A stretch of 64,000 nt of DNA from assembly GCA_937911345.1 (NCBI GenBank), contig CALDPP010000012.1, forward strand, positions 361 to 64,360. The letters run 5' to 3'. Positions within the stretch are counted from its first letter, which is position 1. Each line of letters begins with the position of its first letter. This DNA comes from an uncultured euryarchaeote (lineage in GTDB: Archaea > Thermoplasmatota > Poseidoniia > Poseidoniales > Poseidoniaceae). Of the stretch, positions 20,054 through 29,865 are shown one piece after another. Made by a program: the position numbers and the translations under genes. Under the pieces are notes generated by a model. That model was not told where the DNA came from and searched no databases. It saw only the letters and a program-made list of their open reading frames with translations.

Positions 20054-21175
20054 ATGTCTGATAAGATGGACTACGCCAGTGCTGGGGTCGATATCGACCT
20101 TGAGGGTTCGGCAGTCGCCTCACTAATTTCTTCACTGGGAAAATCTGTGCGCCCAACCGGAACCCCTGGTGCGCCAGTTGATTTGCCTGGTGGTTTTGGC
20201 GGTCTGATTGAATTTGGTGACCATTTGTTAGCATTAGCAACTGATGGGGTGGGTAGCAAATTGCAAATTGCTTCTATGCTAAATCAATGGTCTGGTGTAG
20301 GGATAGATTGTATGGCAATGAATGTTAATGACTTACTTTGCGTTGGTGCAGAGCCAATTGCGTTTGTCGATTATGTTGCTGTACCAAAACCTGACCCAGA
20401 AGTTCATGCCGCTCTTGGGGCGTCATTGGCTGAGGCATGTCGCCTTGCGCGTGTCACTCTTGCCGGAGGAGAAACCGCTTCACTCCCTGGTATCGTTACT
20501 GAATTGGATTTGTCTGGAACGGCTCTTGGATACTTGAAGAAAGGAGAGGCGATTACTGGTGAAAATCTGCAAGCAGGTGATGTTTTGATTGGTCTACCGT
20601 CTTCGGGAATCCATTCCAACGGCTATTCTTTAGTCCGCAAAATTATGGAACATGCTGGTTTACAATATACAGACGATGCCCCATTTGATAGTTCAAGTTC
20701 TACAAGAGATATTTTGCGATTTAGTGAATCGGATGGTGACATAACCTTGGGTGAAATATTCCTTAATCCAACTAGAATTTATTGTGATCCTGTGGTTGAT
20801 TTAATCAAAAGCGCTCAATCGGGAGAAAATGGATTTACGGTCAAGGATGTCAGAGGTATATGTCATGTAACTGGAGGAGGTTTGTCAAATCTATTGAGGC
20901 TACACGATAACTTAGGATGGGAAATCAACAATCCAATTAATCCGCATCCTGAGTTTCTGTGGTTAGCTGAAATCGGCGGGGTTGAAACCTGGGAAATGTA
21001 TCGGACATTCAATATGGGGTGTGGAATGATTATTGCCGTGAGTTCACAGCACGCTGATAATATCTGTAATTGGCTCAGCAAGAAAATGGCCGGTGTACAA
21101 ATTATCGGAAACGTTGTAGACAACGGTCGAAAAGTTGTTCATTCCCAACTAGGAATTGAGTATAGTCACTACTGA
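20054..21175 (+). CDS. purM: Phosphoribosylformylglycinamidine cyclo-ligase (AIR synthetase)
   Basis: YASAGVD, GGFGG, TDGVGSK, GIDCMAMNVND, GGETA, SSGIHSNGYSL, HVTGGG, TFNMGCG. Confidence 0.96.
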   Translation: MSDKMDYASAGVDIDLEGSAVASLISSLGKSVRPTGTPGAPVDLPGGFGGLIEFGDHLLALATDGVGSKLQIASMLNQWSGVGIDCMAMNVNDLLCVGAEPIAFVDYVAVPKPDPEVHAALGASLAEACRLARVTLAGGETASLPGIVTELDLSGTALGYLKKGEAITGENLQAGDVLIGLPSSGIHSNGYSLVRKIMEHAGLQYTDDAPFDSSSSTRDILRFSESDGDITLGEIFLNPTRIYCDPVVDLIKSAQSGENGFTVKDVRGICHVTGGGLSNLLRLHDNLGWEINNPINPHPEFLWLAEIGGVETWEMYRTFNMGCGMIIAVSSQHADNICNWLSKKMAGVQIIGNVVDNGRKVVHSQLGIEYSHY

Positions 21176-21176
21176 A

Positions 21177-22103
21177 TCAGTTTAGTGCAGCAGCAATTTC
21201 TTCATTAAGCCCAGCAAACCTGTTGCTTAGTTCATTCATTGCTAGATTAAACGCAGTAACTGGATCTAGACTGCCATCTGTCTCGTAGGTTAGGATGTAG
21301 TCCCCTTCTACTGGTTCAAGAGTAATTGCGCCGTCGAAGTCCGCATCTCGACCAGTTCCTGGTCCAACTTGATGAAGGGCTCTTTCAAGATCCATTACAG
21401 TGTTAACATCCTCAACTTTCTTGTTTTTGAATAACTTAGCATCAATATCTCTACCGTCACTTGTCTTAAGATTCAATGCAAACAGAGTTTCTGCTTTCTT
21501 TGCGTTGTTCAACTTTGCAACATTTCTGTTACTAAATCCAACTCCTGCAACTGGAGACCACTTTTGATGGCTTGAGCCACGGCCAAGAGTTGCAAATGCA
21601 TACAATTCAAGGTACTGTCCCTTGGAAAGGATGGTGATTGGAATTCTTCGGTGCTCTTCTTTGATGTCAAACATTGGGTCAGAAATTGTGGTTAAATCTC
21701 CGGCATAAACAGTGATGTGGTCTTCTTCAGCATCTTGTGCTGGACCCTGCACATTCAATGAATACAGAACTTGACATTGTGGGCAGCCTTTCTCTGCCTC
21801 CACCATATCAATACAGACTGGGCAGGTTTCGAAAAAGTCCAATTTTTCTTCAGGATAAGTCGGTACTGGAATCATTGCTAGTCTGTGTGCTAGCATTTCA
21901 TCTGGGAGTACATTTACTGATTCTAGAATCACACCATCGTTTTCAACAACACCTTGACTGATGTTTACTCTTGTAATAGCTAATTTCGGCACATCTGAGA
22001 TTAACGCTCTTCTAATAGCGTTTACTTGAGACGCATCGGTTTCGCTTAGTGCAATTCTAATCGAATTTTCTTTGGGCCAGCCTTCTACAATCTGTGCTTT
22101 CAC
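21177..22103 (-). CDS. rpoD: DNA-directed RNA polymerase subunit D (Rpo3)
   Basis: NAIRRALISDVPKLAI, DEMLAHRLAMIP, GRGSSHQKWSP, ETDGSL. Last gene of the S13-S4-S11 operon. Confidence 0.93.
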   Translation of the reverse strand: MKAQIVEGWPKENSIRIALSETDASQVNAIRRALISDVPKLAITRVNISQGVVENDGVILESVNVLPDEMLAHRLAMIPVPTYPEEKLDFFETCPVCIDMVEAEKGCPQCQVLYSLNVQGPAQDAEEDHITVYAGDLTTISDPMFDIKEEHRRIPITILSKGQYLELYAFATLGRGSSHQKWSPVAGVGFSNRNVAKLNNAKKAETLFALNLKTSDGRDIDAKLFKNKKVEDVNTVMDLERALHQVGPGTGRDADFDGAITLEPVEGDYILTYETDGSLDPVTAFNLAMNELSNRFAGLNEEIAAALN

Positions 22104-22118
22104 TATATCACCACTATA

Positions 22119-22502
22119 TCATACACGTCGGCCACGTCGACCGCCTTTCTTCTTAGTCCCATCATGGGCGATTGGAGTAACATCTTCAATTCTAGTAATT
22201 GTCATGCCTGCACGTGTTAGTGCTCTGATTGCCGCTTGGGCACCTGGACCAGTATTGTTTGACAGGTTGCCGCCTGGGGCTCTATACTTTACAATAAGTT
22301 GAGTGAATTCTTTGTCCTTAAGAGCGTCTGCTAGTTTTTCTGCAGCTCTTGTAGCAGCGAATTGTCCACCACTGTCTTTGGATGACTTGACCATTTGACC
22401 ACCAGAACATGTGGTGATTGTTTCTGCTCCTGTTAGATCAGTAGCAGTCATTAAGATATTATTGTAGGAACTAAAGATGTTGACTATTGCTCTACGTGAC
22501 AT
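22119..22502 (-). CDS. rps11: 30S ribosomal protein uS11
   Basis: TDLTGAET, GPGAQAAIRAL, IEDVTPIAHDG, GGRRGRRV. Confidence 0.96.
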   Translation of the reverse strand: MSRRAIVNIFSSYNNILMTATDLTGAETITTCSGGQMVKSSKDSGGQFAATRAAEKLADALKDKEFTQLIVKYRAPGGNLSNNTGPGAQAAIRALTRAGMTITRIEDVTPIAHDGTKKKGGRRGRRV

Positions 22503-23152
22503 CACTCATCGCCTCCTGTTTCTACAGTTGGTGCTGCTTCAGCAGCAGCCTTAACTTCCGCAGCAAATTCTGGAGTTGCTTCTGGGTCTACTTCCTCAAC
22601 AGCGTACTCAGCCTTCTCTCTGCGTCCTTCAATTGCCTTTCTAATGGCGTGTTCTGGATTATTCAATCCACTGCTAGGATGATACTTGATGTGTTCTTCT
22701 TCATCTCTTGAAACCGGGTATGATGGGATTGTTACTTTTTGCTCACCGATGCAAATTAGTCCGTGGTTAACAAGTTGCCTTGCTTGCTTCATTGTCGTTG
22801 CAAGACCTTTGTAGTAAACTTGTGCTTGTAGACGTCGGTTCAGTATGTCTTCGGTTCCGAGCGACAGGATATCGTCCAATGTTGCATCAGATTGAATCAA
22901 TCCTTTGTTGTGTAGAGAACGTAGTAAGTCTTCCATTTCTCTCTTACCGTGTCCTTCACTGGTATCGACCATACCGATCAAGCGCATTGCTTGCCTTCGA
23001 TGGCGTCTTAATTGTGATTTGGCCTTCCAAATCTCACGCATGTTCTTCAAACCATGCTGGGCTTTGATTGCATGCTCTTCTTCTATACGTGCAGCCTTCC
23101 AAGGGTGGGAAGGTGTGTCAAACTTAGGTCTCGAAAATTTTGGCTCTCCCAT
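22502..23152 (-). CDS. rps4: 30S ribosomal protein uS4
   Basis: [45 protein letters not shown]. Confidence 0.96.
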   Translation of the reverse strand: MGEPKFSRPKFDTPSHPWKAARIEEEHAIKAQHGLKNMREIWKAKSQLRRHRRQAMRLIGMVDTSEGHGKREMEDLLRSLHNKGLIQSDATLDDILSLGTEDILNRRLQAQVYYKGLATTMKQARQLVNHGLICIGEQKVTIPSYPVSRDEEEHIKYHPSSGLNNPEHAIRKAIEGRREKAEYAVEEVDPEATPEFAAEVKAAAEAAPTVETGGDE

Positions 23153-23161
23153 CTAAATCCC

Positions 23162-23629
23162 TCACTTCTTCCTGTTTACACCCAGTGTTAAGCCACCACG
23201 GCCATTCGAACGACCTCTTTGACCACGTACCTTGTTACCGCTTGCGTGTCTCACGCCACGGTAACATTTTATTGATCGAAGTCTGGTAATATCGTCTTTG
23301 AGTGTAAATTTAACTTGTTGACCTGTTAGGTGGAGTTCGTCCCCTGTTTCTAGGTCTCTCTGTCTGTTGAGCATCCACAATGGCACGGACTCGTTGTAGC
23401 CTTCAATAGCTAGACGAAGTTTTTCTTGGTCTTCAACAGACAAATGACCTGCCAACGATGCTGCATCAAATCCGGTGTTTTTACAGATTTGATTAGCGGT
23501 TCTTGCCCCGACTCCCTTAACAGCGGTAAGCGCTGTAGCAAGCGGTTTTAGACCGTCAATATCGGTATCTGCCATTCGAAGTATGTAAGAAAAATCTTCT
23601 CCTAGGTCTTCGGTTTTCGGTTGTGCCAT
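23162..23629 (-). CDS. rps13: 30S ribosomal protein uS13
   Basis: TDIDG, VKGVG, WMLNRQRD, YRGVRH..GNKVRGQR. Confidence 0.96.
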   Translation of the reverse strand: MAQPKTEDLGEDFSYILRMADTDIDGLKPLATALTAVKGVGARTANQICKNTGFDAASLAGHLSVEDQEKLRLAIEGYNESVPLWMLNRQRDLETGDELHLTGQQVKFTLKDDITRLRSIKCYRGVRHASGNKVRGQRGRSNGRGGLTLGVNRKK

Positions 23630-23644
23630 TTCTTTTCACCTTGA

Positions 23645-23666
23645 TGCTTACACACAGTGTGAAGCA
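23645..23666 (-). promoter_or_regulatory. Hairpin in the 5' leader of the rps13-rps4-rps11-rpoD operon
   Basis: TGCTT-CACA/CTG/TGTG-T-AAGCA inverted repeat immediately before the AGGTGA SD of rps13. Confidence 0.45.
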
Positions 23667-23746
23667 AGTTCCCGACCAACCTCCCATATATCAAGACCGC
23701 GATGCAGCAAGTGGTTTTTGATTTACCAAATTAGCCTGTAAAAACA

Positions 23747-25024
23747 CTAATTTTTTACACAAAGTAGGTAATTTTCGCCTTTGGGATTGCGGAGTAAAAA
23801 TGCCTCTCTCGAACCGTGGCGTCTGACGAGTTGACGGTCAAAGGAACCCTGTAATTTAGGTTGCAATTTTGGATCTAGGCTCGCTCTAACAGTCACCTTA
23901 CCAATGTCATGCTGTAGGAAGATTTCAACGAATTTATCAGCCGAATCAATGGTTAATTCTCCCTCGATTAAGTCAACTATACGGCCTGTTGCTACAATCA
24001 AATTATTTGGACTTTTTGCGGTTTGTTGAAACACTTTCTGATGATAAATCATCGGCCTCCTACCCTGTGATTCAGCCCAGACATAATTGTCGATTGACGA
24101 CGCGTTTAACCAATCGTTTGCCATACCAGATTCTACTAAAGCAGCATCAATAATCGAAACATAACTACCCCTTTGTGGTTGAATGAATTGTTGTTCTTGG
24201 TTATCTTCCTGTTCTGCAATCGGTTTGCCGCCCAGCAAAATAAACGGCGGGGAGGTTGGGTCCGGGGGGATTCTAACAAATCGCCTTGCAATGGTTGGCT
24301 CGGCTATTGCACCTAACCACAAGGCAAGTCTGTCTACTCTCCCTCTGCCACGCGATGTCCATGTCCAAGTTTTACTTGTATTAGGCCAAAATTTCTCAAC
24401 CAAATCCTCGACTTCAATCATTTGCGCCGTAGAAAGCCGGGGTGACAAATCTAACAGTATTGCAGGGCCACTTTTACTGCATTTGATGTAAGGTTTCCAT
24501 CCTGCAAAAACCTCATCCAATCGAGGTGCCATCTCAGAGAGTGCATGCGCCCGACTGTTTCGAGGCCTGGCAGGATCTAGGTGCAGAAATGCAATTGACT
24601 CATTTTCGAGATTCAATAACGACATTATTTGTGAGCCGTCTCTACCATCGCCAACAATGAATACGCTATCCTTCAAACGGTTGAGTGAATTATCTCCACG
24701 TTCGGTGAATACGGTGCGAAAATTAACTGCGCTTGCTCTTGCACGGCTTTCGTTTAATTCAATGCCAACTATCGGGCGTTTGAGTATCTCTGAATATGCT
24801 GCAACCTGTATACCGCTACCGCATGCACAATCGAGGATTACACCTTCAGGAAGTGGATATTCACGTAGCATTATCGCCCTGGATAAAGCCACCTGCCAAG
24901 GCGTAGCTAGAGGTTTACCTTCGTCGGCATGAAAAAATTTGAATCGTTCTATTGAGGTTTTATCTGGAGTATTTTCGAATAATCCTTCACTAGATTCTGA
25001 TAACGGATGAATTATTCGAGGCAT
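23747..25024 (-). CDS. Class I SAM-dependent methyltransferase with a THUMP-like C-terminal region
   Basis: LDCACGSG, GIELN, HLDPARP, LDLSP. Alternative TTG start at 25036 overlaps the pyrE stop. Confidence 0.7.
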   Translation of the reverse strand: MPRIIHPLSESSEGLFENTPDKTSIERFKFFHADEGKPLATPWQVALSRAIMLREYPLPEGVILDCACGSGIQVAAYSEILKRPIVGIELNESRARASAVNFRTVFTERGDNSLNRLKDSVFIVGDGRDGSQIMSLLNLENESIAFLHLDPARPRNSRAHALSEMAPRLDEVFAGWKPYIKCSKSGPAILLDLSPRLSTAQMIEVEDLVEKFWPNTSKTWTWTSRGRGRVDRLALWLGAIAEPTIARRFVRIPPDPTSPPFILLGGKPIAEQEDNQEQQFIQPQRGSYVSIIDAALVESGMANDWLNASSIDNYVWAESQGRRPMIYHQKVFQQTAKSPNNLIVATGRIVDLIEGELTIDSADKFVEIFLQHDIGKVTVRASLDPKLQPKLQGSFDRQLVRRHGSREAFLLRNPKGENYLLCVKN

Positions 25025-25032
25025 AACATCCC

Positions 25033-25626
25033 TCAAAATTTTGCAACATCACTTCTGGTCATCAGACTTTCAAAATTAATTCCCGCTGTCGCAAATGCCT
25101 CTTTAGCTCCCTCTTCCCGATCAACGATACTGATTACCCCAATTACTTCGCAATCTGTATCATTGTGTATTCTCTTTACTGCTTTGATGGCTGAGCCCCC
25201 GGTTGTCGTAACATCCTCAACAATGACGATCTTGCCGCCGCCTGACAGGGATGAACCCTCTATTCCTGGAGGATTGTTGGTTTTCCTTCCGCCCCTTCCT
25301 TTGGGTTCTTTTCGTACCATGAAGCCCCTTCTAGTGGACTCCTTTGGTGACATCGTTACTGCAATCGCCGTTAATGGAACCGCACCTAACTCAAGCCCAC
25401 CAACAAAATCTGCACCCATCTCATCCATGCGGATATTAAGGAGCTCGCCAATCAAGTGACTTGCTTCAGGATGCATCATCACCGGTTTGGTATCGAAAAA
25501 CCAACGCGATTGACGCCCGCTGGCTAGAGTGAATGCATCGTCACTACCTCCGTCGATGAAGGCCAATTCTCTAACTAAATCAACAAGTCTTGGCCATTTT
25601 GGATGACTTCGTATTGATTGCGCCAT
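25033..25626 (-). CDS. pyrE: Orotate phosphoribosyltransferase
   Basis: FTLASGRQS..FFD, GLELGAVP, VRKEPK, PRPP motif VEDVTTTGGS, VDREEG. Confidence 0.95.
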   Translation of the reverse strand: MAQSIRSHPKWPRLVDLVRELAFIDGGSDDAFTLASGRQSRWFFDTKPVMMHPEASHLIGELLNIRMDEMGADFVGGLELGAVPLTAIAVTMSPKESTRRGFMVRKEPKGRGGRKTNNPPGIEGSSLSGGGKIVIVEDVTTTGGSAIKAVKRIHNDTDCEVIGVISIVDREEGAKEAFATAGINFESLMTRSDVAKF

Positions 25627-25776
25627 GTCTCTCGAATGATGGTTAAGCAAATGGCACATGAACTTTCGTTCACTATTGAGGATTTTTTGTCAAAATTTAC
25701 CTCTAGAGTTTGCTTTGGAATCAAAATTAGGCAATTTTTGATAAGCGGCCGGCTGCCTTGTCCAATGGTGAGGGGT

Positions 25777-28700
25777 ATGGCGGATACGGTAAAAGTGCAA
25801 TCCGACCTAGATCCTCTCGAAGGAATCGATAGTTTAAGGCTCGAAAATGAAATGAAAAACTATCAGCAATGGATGGATGAGAGAACTGAAGATGCTTATC
25901 GAATTGCCGAGATTGCGCGAGCGAAAAACCTAGACTACAAACCATTTGTGGAAATACCAAGGGCTGCAGACCTAGCTGGCAGAACAGAAAAATTGTTGGT
26001 AGAATATCTCGGTGAATACGAGGTTGCGGATGACATTAGAAAGATGCTTGCAAAGCATGACCGTGAAACCACTTCTATGTTGATGGCGCAGTCAGTTGCC
26101 AGAGGATTTCGTGATGAAGGTCATGATTTGGTTACCGCGATAGATGTTGGACTTAGAGTTGGCTTGGCAATTCTAACGGAAGCGGTTCTAGTTGCGCCGC
26201 TGGAAGGTATCAGTGAGGTTCGTCTACTGAATAACCTAGATGGTTCACAGTTTGTCTCTGTACACTTTGCAGGCCCAATTAGAGCCGCTGGAGGTACTGC
26301 TCAGGCTCTTGCCGTACTGATTGCAGACATGATTAGAATCGAATTAAATGTCGGAAAATATCAACCGACAGATCCTGAAGTAGAACGGGTGAAAGAAGAG
26401 TTTGGACTATATCGTGGTAATTTGCAATACCGGCCAAGTCCAGAAGAAATCGATGAAATTGTTAGGGCTTGTCCGGTAATGATTAATGGCGAATCTACTG
26501 AACGAATTGAATGTTCTGGATATGGTGACGTGAGAAATATCGATGAAGCGAGGATTCGCGGTGGTGTCCTGCTGGTCATTGGAGAAGGTATGTGTTTGAA
26601 AGCACCTAAAATCCAAAGACATACGGAAAGAATGAAAATCGCTGGATGGGATTTCATCAGCAAGTTCGCTGAAAAAGGCAAAAAGAAGGAAGACGATGAT
26701 GAAGTCAAATTCAAATCAAGGTTAACAGAACCTATTACTAAGTTTATGAACGATATAATTGCCGGAAGACCCGTTTTTGGAGCACCCCAACAACCTGGTG
26801 GTTTTAGGCTTAGATACGGTCGTGCAAGGCCATCTGGATTGGCTGCAGCATCAGTCAATCCGGCTTGTATGTTGGCTATGGATGACTTCATTACAATTGG
26901 AACACAAATGAAAATTGAGCGCCCGGGAAAAGCATGTGCAATCACGCCTTCTGATCACACAGATGGACCTTGGGTTGTTTTGCAGGATGGAACCTTTACT
27001 CGCTGTGATACTGTTGAAAGTTTCAATCAACTCAAGAAAAGTATTGCTACCATCTGGGACAATGGTGAGATTGTAATTGGCTATGGCGAATTCATGGAGA
27101 ATAACAAAAATTTGGTGCCTGCTGGATATTCAATCGATTGGTGGGCAAGTGATCTCATTGAAGAGTTGAATTCTCCCGAAACTGTTGAAGATTTTCGCTC
27201 GATCATGGGGTTGTCAAAAACTGATTGCCCAAGCGGCATACCTGGCTTAACTAGGGAACAGTTCTCGGATGCTAATCTTAGATTCAACGTACGATTGCAT
27301 TGGCATAGATTCTTAGTCACTTTACAGCCAAATTGGGAGCAAGCTAAAGCAGTATCTGAGAAATTCAAAACCTCCTTACCTCCGCCACATAATCCGTGGT
27401 TTCTTGACTTGCCAATAGAGTGGGTTCCGGAATTAATTAAGGTCCTTGAGGGCGCAACTATTGAAAATTTAGCAATTAACGAAAACGATTTGTTAATGCC
27501 ACAACGAGAAGAGAGATGCCTAAGAATACGAAATGGTGTTAGTAATTGGACTTCATCTATCATGCATGAAATGCCTCCTGCGACATTAGAAATCGGCGAC
27601 ATCGCAAACCCTCCTGGTCCAGAATTTTCTGTGGATGATTTCATATTCGACCAAAAACCTTCAGCATTGTGGACTTTACAACAACATGGTATTGCAAAGG
27701 GGTCAGCATTGATTTTGGGACTTGCCCATCACCACGAAGGTGATGACCTGGTAATTACCAGTGGATGGTCTGCACTTCTCGAGTCTTTGGGATTTGCAGT
27801 GAACGAAAATAATATCATCATGATAACCGATTCAAAGAAGATCTTTGAAGATAAAATCGCTAAGTTAAAACTTGCTGAGGCTGTTTTAGCAAAGGAAGAA
27901 ACTCGACTGGAAGAACTAGAGAAAGAACGCGCAATACATAGAATATCTGCTGAGACTAATGCAAGACAGCAAGGGAAATCAATTGCTGAAACTGATGAAA
28001 TTGGACGAAGCGCCGCAGCAAGCATTCCCGACGAGGGACCACAAGATGCCAACAGATATCTTGCCTCTCAAATTGAGAGAGATGATTACAGAGTTGACGG
28101 AATCCTACCAGTAATCAAGAAGATCTCAAAATTGAGGTGGCACCATTCTGCTCCTGTTAGAATTGGTTGCCGAATGGGACGGCCAGAAAAGTCTGCTCCA
28201 AGAGTTATGAACCCAATGGCTCATACCCTATTCCCTATCGATTTAAATGGGGGAAATCAAAGATTGCTAACCAATGCAGCAGACAAGCAAAATATCCGAG
28301 TCCAGTTAGGCCTTAGAACCTGTAATAGTTGTGGGAAAAAATCACCAATGCTCTCTTGCCATCACCGGAAAGTGAATGAATATGGGGAGACGATGCTTGG
28401 TGAAAAATGCGGTGGACGGACCGAATTCAAAAAAGAATTAGAAGCAAATCGGAGAAGAAGAGGGGAAATTACTACTGTACCAATTGCATCAATGATTGAA
28501 GATGCAATGATAAATCTTGGACTTGAAAGAGTCCCGAACACTGTCAAGTGTATGAAGAAAATCGCTAGCAAAAATCAAACCCCTGAGGCTTTAGAAAAAG
28601 GCATTCTAAGAGCGAAATACGATATTCCTGTGTTTAGGGATGGAACTGTTAGATTTGATATGAGTGATGTGCCAGTTACTCATTTCAAACCCAAAGAGAT

Positions 28701-29865
28701 TGAAGTTTCATGGAAGAAGCTAGTTAATTTGGGTTATACTCATGATTATCTTGGAAATGAATTGACTTCTGATGAACAGATGCTCGAGCTATACCCACAA
28801 GATTTCATCGTAGCTAAGAACGCCGGCGATTATTTTGTGCGAACTGCGAAATTTGTCGATGAATTACTGACAAGATATTACGGCCTCGAACCATACTACA
28901 ATGTTTCCAATGCTGATGATCTGGTCGGGCATCTAATTTGTGCATTAGCGCCTCATACTTCTGGTGGTGTGTTGTCGAGAATTATTGGCTGGGCTGATTG
29001 TTCTGGCGGTTATGCGCATCCACTGTTCCACGCCTCAAAGCGAAGAAATTGTGATGGTGATGAAGATGCAATCATGTTATTGATGGACGGTTTACTTAAT
29101 TTTAGTCGTGAAATATTACCTGCAAATAGAGGTGGCCAAATGGATGCCCCTCTCGTTCTGACAACTAGATTAAATCCAACAGAGGTTGACAAAGAAGCGC
29201 TGAACGTTGACTCAGGATGGTATTATGAGCGTGATTTCTATGAGGCTACTCAAGATTGCCCGCATCCAAAATCTGTTGCCAATAGGGTCGATTTTGTTGA
29301 ACGTCGATTAGAATCTATTGCTGCTGTAAGAGGCTATGGTTTCACTCATGATTGTGAATCTATTTCTGCTGGTCCAAGCCTCTCTGCTTACAAAACACTT
29401 GATACTATGATTGACAAGATGAATGGGCAACTGGATTTAGGCCACAGGTTACGAGCAGTCGATGTTAGAAAGGTTGCATCAAGCGTGATTCGGTCACACT
29501 TTTTACCTGACCTGAGAGGGAATTTGAATGCGTTTGCGAGACAAAAAGTTAGGTGCCTAAAGTGCGGCCATTCATATCGTAGGATGCCTATTGCCGGTAA
29601 GTGCATACAACAAAGCAAGGCTAGTAATGCTGGATTTGGCTCTCTTGGCATCTCTAAATCACAAGGTGATTTGTGCAATGGAAACCTTGCGTTGACAGTA
29701 TCAGAAGGCGCAGTTAGAAAATACATCAAGGTAACTTTACACGTAATGGAAAAATATGGGGTAGATACATACACCAAACAAAATGTTGAATGGTTAGCAA
29801 ATAGTACTGATTCCTTATTCCAAAATGACCGATCCAAGCAGATGTCATTGGCTGATTTCCTGTGA
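25777..29865 (+). CDS. polC: DNA polymerase D large subunit DP2 (no intein)
   Basis: FAGPIRAAGGTAQAL, GGFRLRYGR, RMGRPEK, FRDGTVRFD, catalytic KRRNCDGDED, C-terminal PIP box KQMSLADFL. Confidence 0.97.
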   Translation: MADTVKVQSDLDPLEGIDSLRLENEMKNYQQWMDERTEDAYRIAEIARAKNLDYKPFVEIPRAADLAGRTEKLLVEYLGEYEVADDIRKMLAKHDRETTSMLMAQSVARGFRDEGHDLVTAIDVGLRVGLAILTEAVLVAPLEGISEVRLLNNLDGSQFVSVHFAGPIRAAGGTAQALAVLIADMIRIELNVGKYQPTDPEVERVKEEFGLYRGNLQYRPSPEEIDEIVRACPVMINGESTERIECSGYGDVRNIDEARIRGGVLLVIGEGMCLKAPKIQRHTERMKIAGWDFISKFAEKGKKKEDDDEVKFKSRLTEPITKFMNDIIAGRPVFGAPQQPGGFRLRYGRARPSGLAAASVNPACMLAMDDFITIGTQMKIERPGKACAITPSDHTDGPWVVLQDGTFTRCDTVESFNQLKKSIATIWDNGEIVIGYGEFMENNKNLVPAGYSIDWWASDLIEELNSPETVEDFRSIMGLSKTDCPSGIPGLTREQFSDANLRFNVRLHWHRFLVTLQPNWEQAKAVSEKFKTSLPPPHNPWFLDLPIEWVPELIKVLEGATIENLAINENDLLMPQREERCLRIRNGVSNWTSSIMHEMPPATLEIGDIANPPGPEFSVDDFIFDQKPSALWTLQQHGIAKGSALILGLAHHHEGDDLVITSGWSALLESLGFAVNENNIIMITDSKKIFEDKIAKLKLAEAVLAKEETRLEELEKERAIHRISAETNARQQGKSIAETDEIGRSAAASIPDEGPQDANRYLASQIERDDYRVDGILPVIKKISKLRWHHSAPVRIGCRMGRPEKSAPRVMNPMAHTLFPIDLNGGNQRLLTNAADKQNIRVQLGLRTCNSCGKKSPMLSCHHRKVNEYGETMLGEKCGGRTEFKKELEANRRRRGEITTVPIASMIEDAMINLGLERVPNTVKCMKKIASKNQTPEALEKGILRAKYDIPVFRDGTVRFDMSDVPVTHFKPKEIEVSWKKLVNLGYTHDYLGNELTSDEQMLELYPQDFIVAKNAGDYFVRTAKFVDELLTRYYGLEPYYNVSNADDLVGHLICALAPHTSGGVLSRIIGWADCSGGYAHPLFHASKRRNCDGDEDAIMLLMDGLLNFSREILPANRGGQMDAPLVLTTRLNPTEVDKEALNVDSGWYYERDFYEATQDCPHPKSVANRVDFVERRLESIAAVRGYGFTHDCESISAGPSLSAYKTLDTMIDKMNGQLDLGHRLRAVDVRKVASSVIRSHFLPDLRGNLNAFARQKVRCLKCGHSYRRMPIAGKCIQQSKASNAGFGSLGISKSQGDLCNGNLALTVSEGAVRKYIKVTLHVMEKYGVDTYTKQNVEWLANSTDSLFQNDRSKQMSLADFL

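Noticed and set aside
23630-23746. tRNA upstream of rps13, as found in some archaea
   Set aside because: No cloverleaf or TTCGA T-loop is present.
25699-25720. Degenerate ORB-like string (TTCCAAAGCAAACTCTAGAGGT, minus strand) upstream of polC
   Set aside because: Several core mismatches and no true G-string. Could be chance; revisit only with a PWM scan.
29030-29110. Intein at the usual DP2 site (MCM was checked too)
   Set aside because: RRNCDGDED and the MCM Walker motifs are uninterrupted.
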